8,328 nt of DNA from UHGV virus genome UHGV-1307394, one strand, 5' to 3'. Of this stretch, positions 4,554-8,328 are shown piece by piece. Both the position numbers and the translations under genes were made by a program. Position 1 is the first letter of the stretch. The number at the start of each line of letters is the position of its first letter. Under the pieces are notes generated by a model. The model was not told the DNA's origin, made no database searches, and saw nothing but the letters and a program-made list of their open reading frames with translations. The stretch is from a virus.

Positions 4554-4590
4554 TAACTATTCGGGATAAGTCTAGTTTAACGAATAGTTA
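4554..4590. promoter_or_regulatory. 10-bp inverted repeat TAACTATTCG-(17 nt)-CGAATAGTTA upstream of the 398-aa gene. It is a candidate operator or promoter element.
   Basis: Perfect complementarity was read from the sequence. Its half-site AACTA/TAGTT matches the TTAGTTAGTT motif family seen upstream of other operons. A TATATAA -10-like sequence lies at 4604-4610. Confidence 0.3.
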
Positions 4591-4653
4591 AGGCTGATTT
4601 AAGTATATAAGGATACATCTTTTAACACTTTTGTTAGGGGGTGTATTTTTTTT

Positions 4654-5850
4654 ATGGTTAAGAAGTTTTTAAGTGCCCTGTTGGCGCTTTTTATCCTTTC
4701 GTTATTTCCCCTGACTGTTTTGGCCGGGGACCTTCCTACATCTACCAATACGATTAACTGGTCAACGGTTGAAGTTTTTGCTTATGGTTCTGGAACCTAT
4801 AAGAAATCCCTTGGTAAGGTTCAGGAGGCTGGCGGGCAAGGTGCTTTTGGTAAGGAATTTACTCCTTCTGACGGTATGGGCATTCAAGGTTTTGTTTTGG
4901 TTCTTCCCCGCTCCTCTTTTCCGACAACTGGCAAGTGGAAGGCTCAGGTTTCCATCCAGACAAGTAGCACTTCATTATTACTTGATAGGATGTATGCCCG
5001 TGGCCGTGTTAAAAGACCTAACGCTTCGGATTTATCCGGCCAGCTTCCGAAGATTGCTTCGGATACCATCCCCCCTGACTTCTATACGGTTACATATAAC
5101 GTGAATAGCCAGTCCCTCACCTCGGTTGAGTTCTTTTTCCCTTATGCGTTTCCTCTTTATGGTACGCAGAAACTTAATTTTTCCTCGGTCATTTCCTTCC
5201 GGGATTATGAATCCGGTAACATTAACAATCCGGTTGCCCCTCTTCCGGATGCATCGGAACAAAATCAGGCAATTGCCAATTCGGTCCAGGATACGGCTAA
5301 CAATACGGCGGCTTTGGTGCAGAAACAGGATACCATCATTGACCAGATTGTGGATACCACTCAGACTATCAGTAACCAGCTCCATTCCTTTTGGGACCAA
5401 CTGGCGGGTGAGTTCACGAACATGTATAACAAAATGAATCAACATCATTCTGAGGATTTGGCCGCAAACCGGCGCAATACAGAGGATATCATTGATTCCC
5501 AGGAATCCAATACCACGAATATCATTAACAATAATAATGCAAATACGGATAAACTTGCAAATGGTTATGATAAATCCCGTCTGGATAACAGCAATGCTCA
5601 GTTGAATGATTCGATTCACAATATGCAGGAAAATGAAAAACAGTTAATGGAGGATGTAAGCAATAACATTAATTCGTTCCGTTATGATGATTATTTTACC
5701 CGTATTAGGGGGCCTTTATCGGATATATCCTATTTCCTGAATCATATTTACAATAACATGAAGGGCTTGAATATCCCTATTGGCTTTTCCCTTACTCTCA
5801 CGATTGCCATGCTCTGCATTGGCTATTATCGGTTCAAAGGGGGGACATAA
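4654..5850 (+). CDS. pIII-like secreted and C-terminally anchored protein of 398 aa, the probable adsorption or receptor-binding minor coat protein.
   Basis: It has an N-terminal signal peptide (MVKKFLSALLALFILSLFPLTVLA, cleaved before GD), an N/Q/T-rich coiled-coil-like central region, and a C-terminal transmembrane anchor (GFSLTLTIAMLCIGYYRF) followed by a short basic tail. This topology matches inovirus pIII. Confidence 0.55.
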   Translation: MVKKFLSALLALFILSLFPLTVLAGDLPTSTNTINWSTVEVFAYGSGTYKKSLGKVQEAGGQGAFGKEFTPSDGMGIQGFVLVLPRSSFPTTGKWKAQVSIQTSSTSLLLDRMYARGRVKRPNASDLSGQLPKIASDTIPPDFYTVTYNVNSQSLTSVEFFFPYAFPLYGTQKLNFSSVISFRDYESGNINNPVAPLPDASEQNQAIANSVQDTANNTAALVQKQDTIIDQIVDTTQTISNQLHSFWDQLAGEFTNMYNKMNQHHSEDLAANRRNTEDIIDSQESNTTNIINNNNANTDKLANGYDKSRLDNSNAQLNDSIHNMQENEKQLMEDVSNNINSFRYDDYFTRIRGPLSDISYFLNHIYNNMKGLNIPIGFSLTLTIAMLCIGYYRFKGGT

Positions 5851-6069
5851 ATGTTTCAATTTTTTGATGCGGTTGCCGGGTTTGTTGAAACTGTGGTTGG
5901 CTTCATTGTCAACATGATTGCAACGCTTATCCTTGTGATTGTTAACATTGTCCGTTCCGTTGGCTGGCTGGTGATGTGCCTTTCCTATCTCCCGCCCTGG
6001 ATGGTTGGTTTTGTGGTCGTCCCTATCAGCCTTGCGGTTGTGTTCCAGATTCTTAATAAGGGGTCGTGA
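5851..6069 (+). CDS. Small polytopic membrane protein of 72 aa, a candidate pVI-like minor coat or assembly protein.
   Basis: AAGGGGGGA lies 5 nt before the ATG, which immediately follows the stop of the 398-aa gene. The product is almost entirely hydrophobic, consistent with two or three transmembrane segments. Confidence 0.5.
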   Translation: MFQFFDAVAGFVETVVGFIVNMIATLILVIVNIVRSVGWLVMCLSYLPPWMVGFVVVPISLAVVFQILNKGS

Positions 6070-6302
6070 TGATTATGATGCGTGATTTAATTGATTTTTG
6101 TATCTTTATTGTTTCAAAGATTGCTGTCCTTTTGTTTGGCAGTGATTTGGGAGGATATTCATATGGTGATTTTTTGGTTGCTGTCCTTGTTGTTTCTGTG
6201 TTTGTTACTACGCTTGTCATTTCCTTCCGTGGTGCGGGAGGTAGTCCATCTTCCGTGGTTCGTCCGCCCAGGGCATCTAAACGTAGTGGTGGCTCTAAGT
6301 AG
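6069..6302 (+). CDS. Small membrane protein of 77 aa with two hydrophobic segments and a basic C-terminal tail (RPPRASKRSGGSK).
   Basis: Its ATG overlaps the previous stop (TGATG), and AAGGGG lies 5 nt upstream. It overlaps the 5' part of the 6163-7137 ORF in another frame, so one of the two may be mis-called in the overlap. Confidence 0.35.
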   Translation: MIMMRDLIDFCIFIVSKIAVLLFGSDLGGYSYGDFLVAVLVVSVFVTTLVISFRGAGGSPSSVVRPPRASKRSGGSK

Positions 6303-7137
6303 TTTTTTCCTGCTCTCCTGCCCTCTCCTGGCCTATGCAGATACAGCTACACCTTCCAATGCGTCCAGGGTGGATGCAGATACGGATTGGGATATGGATA
6401 TGGATGATATATGGGTTGCTTCTCCTTCGGATGCAGCCTACACGGATGTGGATTTATTGATTGATGATAGAACCTTGATGGATATTGATGATTTTGAGGA
6501 TTTAAAACGTGATGATTTACTCCGATACATTTTATGCGAACTTATTACCATTCGTGATTCTTTTGGCGGTCCCGGTCTTGCTTCCTCCTCGGATGCTGCG
6601 CTTTCTTCCCTGGAGGATGCGCAGGATGTTTCTGACCTGGAGGAAGGCCCTACAGATATTATTCCTATGGACGCCCCTGTCCGTTCGGCGCGTTCGGTTT
6701 CTGCTTCTGACGATTATGTTAATGTACTTCGTTATGATGTTTCTATCTCGGGCCAGGAATATACCCTTCTCTTTCCTCCTGAGTATGCGGATTCCCTTTA
6801 TGTAGACAGTCAGGGCCGTCTGTTCAATGTTTCGGCTAATACCATTCAAGGCCGTCTGGTGGATGGGAATTTTAATCCGTATGCGCGGACAGGTAAGCTT
6901 GTGTATCTTACTCCCTGCCTTGGCAATAACTTTTACACTATCAGCGAGTATGGCTCCCCCAATTATGTCAGGGAGTATTATTGGAGTTCCGGTAGTTTGC
7001 GCTATCGTGATACATACGTTAATATTCAGGTGAATCAATATCATCATATATTCAAGGTTTCTGACACGCTTACATATATCGTTGTCGTTCTGATGGGAGG
7101 TTGTTTGATATGTTTATGGAGAAAATCCTCGCGTTGA
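6163..7137 (+). CDS. Second large protein with an N-terminal signal or anchor and a C-terminal anchor (324 aa from the ATG at 6163), with an Asp-rich acidic region and a Tyr-rich beta domain. It is a candidate structural or adsorption protein.
   Basis: GGGAGG lies 9 nt before the ATG at 6163. The track starts it at a TTG at 6091, and a GTG at 6286 or 6289 would give a direct signal peptide ALSSFFLLSCPLLAYA cleaved before DTATP. The C-terminal hydrophobic segment TYIVVVLMGGCLICLW is followed by the basic tail RKSSR. Confidence 0.5.
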   Translation: MVIFWLLSLLFLCLLLRLSFPSVVREVVHLPWFVRPGHLNVVVALSSFFLLSCPLLAYADTATPSNASRVDADTDWDMDMDDIWVASPSDAAYTDVDLLIDDRTLMDIDDFEDLKRDDLLRYILCELITIRDSFGGPGLASSSDAALSSLEDAQDVSDLEEGPTDIIPMDAPVRSARSVSASDDYVNVLRYDVSISGQEYTLLFPPEYADSLYVDSQGRLFNVSANTIQGRLVDGNFNPYARTGKLVYLTPCLGNNFYTISEYGSPNYVREYYWSSGSLRYRDTYVNIQVNQYHHIFKVSDTLTYIVVVLMGGCLICLWRKSSR

Positions 7138-7253
7138 TGGGGGATGTCCCTGTCCAGTTCTATCCGGTTTGTTATGCCTTTGGCTTCATTGCTTTTTTAT
7201 GGATTGTGGATAAGTTCTTCCATATCTTTGTGTCGCTGATAGATAGGCGGTGA
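7137..7253 (+). CDS. Hypothetical small hydrophobic protein of 38 aa, pVII/pIX-like. It is not in the ORF track.
   Basis: Its ATG overlaps the upstream stop (TGATG). The product is MGDVPVQFYPVCYAFGFIAFLWIVDKFFHIFVSLIDRR. No good ribosome-binding site is present. An alternative 31-aa ORF begins at the ATG at 7144. Confidence 0.25.
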   Translation: MGDVPVQFYPVCYAFGFIAFLWIVDKFFHIFVSLIDRR

Positions 7254-7257
7254 TTAT

Positions 7258-7416
7258 ATGAACCTTGGTATTGTTATGAAGGTTGTTGAATGGATGTTTC
7301 ATGAGTTATCACTTCTGTTTGATATCCTTTGGAGGCATTCCTACTGGGTGGGGATGTTTGTGATTGGTCTGCCCCTTCTTAAGAAGGTTGTAGATATATT
7401 TAGGCGACTTTTATAA
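7258..7416 (+). CDS. Hypothetical small membrane protein of 52 aa. It is not in the ORF track.
   Basis: The ATG at 7258 is preceded by a weak AGGCGG. The product has a hydrophobic core (VGMFVIGLPLL) and a basic C-terminus (KKVVDIFRRLL). Its size and position before the coat gene resemble pVII/pIX-type small virion proteins. Confidence 0.3.
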   Translation: MNLGIVMKVVEWMFHELSLLFDILWRHSYWVGMFVIGLPLLKKVVDIFRRLL

Positions 7417-7438
7417 ATTGATAAGGAGGTGTTTGTTT

Positions 7439-7723
7439 ATGTTGAAGATTAAGAATGCGGTTAAGAAGTATCGTTCCATCCCTGTCGCCACTGGTGTTGC
7501 GTCTGTTGCTATGGCTTTCCCGGCTTTTGCTGAGGGCGGTACTCCGGCCACGGGCCTTGACAGTCTGTTAGCCACGTTTTCTGTGGTTACGGCCTGGCTT
7601 TGGAAGGAGTGTGGGCTTCTGCTCACCTGGATTTTAAGCCAGCCTATCCTTTTGGCCGCCATGTGTCTGTTCTTCGCTGGCGCCGTGGTTGCGTTCTTCA
7701 TGCGCATTTACCATCAGGTATGA
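7439..7723 (+). CDS. Coat protein with a signal peptide (pVIII-like), 94 aa precursor.
   Basis: AAGGAGG lies 9 nt before the ATG at 7439. The track's upstream ATG at 7418 lacks a ribosome-binding site. There is a textbook signal peptide (MLKIKNAVKKYRSIPVATGVASVAMAFPAFA, cleaved before EGG). The mature part has an amphipathic N-terminus, a hydrophobic core and a weakly basic C-terminus. Confidence 0.55.
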   Translation: MLKIKNAVKKYRSIPVATGVASVAMAFPAFAEGGTPATGLDSLLATFSVVTAWLWKECGLLLTWILSQPILLAAMCLFFAGAVVAFFMRIYHQV

Positions 7724-7730
7724 TTCAGAA

Positions 7731-7746
7731 GGGGACCCCGGTCCCC
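7731..7746 (+). terminator. Short GC hairpin GGGGAC-CCCG-GTCCCC directly after the coat gene.
   Basis: A 6-bp GC stem lies 8 nt after the stop. It is followed by TTCCCCC rather than a U-tract, so it may act as a partial terminator, as found after gene VIII in Ff phages. Confidence 0.3.
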
Positions 7747-7767
7747 TTCCCCCATTGAGGTGATTTT

Positions 7768-7929
7768 ATGATTGATTTATTCAACCTTTTTATAGATGTG
7801 ATTCTGTTCCCCATGTCCCCGGATGCCTTTACCCTTGATACGAATATTATGTGGCAGTTCATGCTTTTAATCCTTCTTCCGGTGGGTCTTATCCGCATTG
7901 TGAAACAGCTTGTTAAGGGGGTGTTTTAA
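7768..7929 (+). CDS. Pf3-type small coat-like protein of 53 aa with no signal peptide. It is not in the ORF track.
   Basis: GAGGTGA lies 5 nt before the ATG at 7768. The product has an acidic N-terminus (MIDLFNLFIDV...DAFTLD), a hydrophobic helix (MWQFMLLILLPVGLI) and a basic C-terminus (RIVKQLVKGVF). Its stop TAA overlaps the ATG of the next gene. Confidence 0.45.
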   Translation: MIDLFNLFIDVILFPMSPDAFTLDTNIMWQFMLLILLPVGLIRIVKQLVKGVF

Positions 7930-8328
7930 TGTATGCGTTTTCTGTTCTACTCTTTGGCTTTGGTATGTTTTGGATTGTCTTTTTTGCTTATCATTTCTTT
8001 AAGTATCGCAATCCATATAAGCTCTTTATGGTCTTTGGCAAGAAAGGTAGTGGCAAGACTACGCTCATGTGTAAGATGGCACTTAAATACCGTAAGAAGG
8101 GGTGGCACGTCTATAGCAACGTGCATATACCTGGAACTTATCACTTCGATACCGTTGATATTGGTGTTGCCCATTTTCCTGAAAATTCTATCCTGCTTAT
8201 AGATGAGGTAGGTCTTGTATGGGATAACCGTAATTTCAAATCCTTCCCGGAACACGTGAAGGTTTATTTCAAGTATCAACGGCAGTATAAACATATCGTG
8301 TATCTGTTCTCACAGTCCTTTGATGTTG
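7929..8328 (+). CDS. zot: Zot/pI-type filamentous-phage assembly ATPase, N-terminal 133 aa. It is truncated at the 3' end by the window and is absent from the ORF track.
   Basis: AAGGGGG lies 7 nt before the ATG at 7929 (a TAATG overlap). Walker A is FGKKGSGKTT (nt 8037-8060). Walker B is ILLIDEVG. The segment LLIDEVGLVWDNRNF...YLFSQSFDV parallels M13 pI (LLVLDECGTWFNTRSW...IFLVQDLSIVD). Confidence 0.8.
   Translation, partial: MYAFSVLLFGFGMFWIVFFAYHFFKYRNPYKLFMVFGKKGSGKTTLMCKMALKYRKKGWHVYSNVHIPGTYHFDTVDIGVAHFPENSILLIDEVGLVWDNRNFKSFPEHVKVYFKYQRQYKHIVYLFSQSFDV

Larger units (their letters stand above)
1..8328. mobile_element. Inovirus-like (filamentous phage) genome or prophage segment spanning the whole window.
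   Basis: The modular order is Rep_trans initiator, ssDNA-binding protein, pIII-like proteins, small hydrophobic coat proteins, then a Zot-like ATPase. The + strand is T-rich and gene junctions are tightly coupled. No integrase or attachment site was recognised. Confidence 0.6.

Noticed and set aside
4769-5619. ORFs 4769-5104 (+), 5126-5437 (+) and 5032-5619 (-) inside the 398-aa gene
   Set aside because: They are internal alternative-frame or antisense ORFs within a CDS that has a clear signal peptide and a C-terminal anchor. Their products are R/L/I-rich low-complexity artefacts.
6509-7047. ORFs 6509-6805 (+), 6827-7033 (+) and 6532-7047 (-) inside the 324-aa gene
   Set aside because: Same reasoning as above: they are nested in a long ORF with coherent domain architecture.
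7411-7707. 98-aa minus-strand ORF antisense to the coat gene, and the upstream ATG at 7418 for the coat gene
   Set aside because: The coat CDS has a textbook ribosome-binding site at the ATG at 7439 and a textbook signal peptide. The antisense ORF and the 7418 start lack ribosome-binding sites.
7933-8294. ORFs 7933-8202 (+) and 7947-8294 (-)
   Set aside because: The third + strand frame from the ATG at 7929 encodes unmistakable Walker A and Walker B motifs of a Zot-like ATPase. These two ORFs are off-frame or antisense to it.
1-8328. Search for CRISPR arrays, tRNA or rRNA genes, an integrase, a transposase, or a dif/XerCD-like attachment site
   Set aside because: I found no repeat-spacer periodicity, no tRNA-like cloverleaf and no recombinase-like ORF. 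A 28-bp dif-like site (XerC arm, 6-bp spacer, XerD arm) was not recognisable by eye. Absence of evidence here is weak and should be rechecked computationally with tRNAscan, CRISPR finders and a dif search.

Overview
The window reads as a nearly complete filamentous-phage (inovirus-like) genome, either a prophage or a replicative form. Strong AGGAGG-type ribosome-binding sites point to a low-GC Gram-positive (Firmicutes-type) host. Most genes lie on the + strand and are T-rich. The gene order is: the 3' end of an upstream ORF (1-386); an inverted repeat; a rolling-circle replication initiator of the Rep_trans type (480-1400) with a VKVYNK tyrosine motif; a small ribbon-helix-helix (RHH) protein (1393-1572); a T-rich region ending in a GC-rich terminator (1780-1798); several small + strand genes (3181-3793); a gene V-like ssDNA-binding protein (3880-4140); two large proteins with a signal sequence and a C-terminal membrane anchor, which look like adsorption proteins (4654-5850 and 6163-7137); several small hydrophobic morphogenesis and coat proteins, including a signal-peptide coat protein (7439-7723) and a Pf3-like 53-aa protein (7768-7929); and the N-terminal 133 aa of a Zot/pI-type assembly ATPase running off the window end (7929-8328). 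Inserted between the replication and morphogenesis modules is a very AT-rich, three-gene, reverse-oriented cassette (about 1800-3145), which is the most interesting element. It encodes an RHH regulator preceded by three copies of a perfect 12-bp palindrome (CATAGTACTATG), a protein with an N-terminal membrane anchor and a DUF2726/DUF559-type restriction-endonuclease-like domain, and a translationally coupled 81-aa coiled-coil protein. I interpret it as an accessory (moron) or immunity cassette, possibly a superinfection-exclusion, defence or toxin system. No tRNA, rRNA, CRISPR, integrase or transposase was recognised. All homology statements rest on motif recognition by eye and need HMM or structure-based confirmation.
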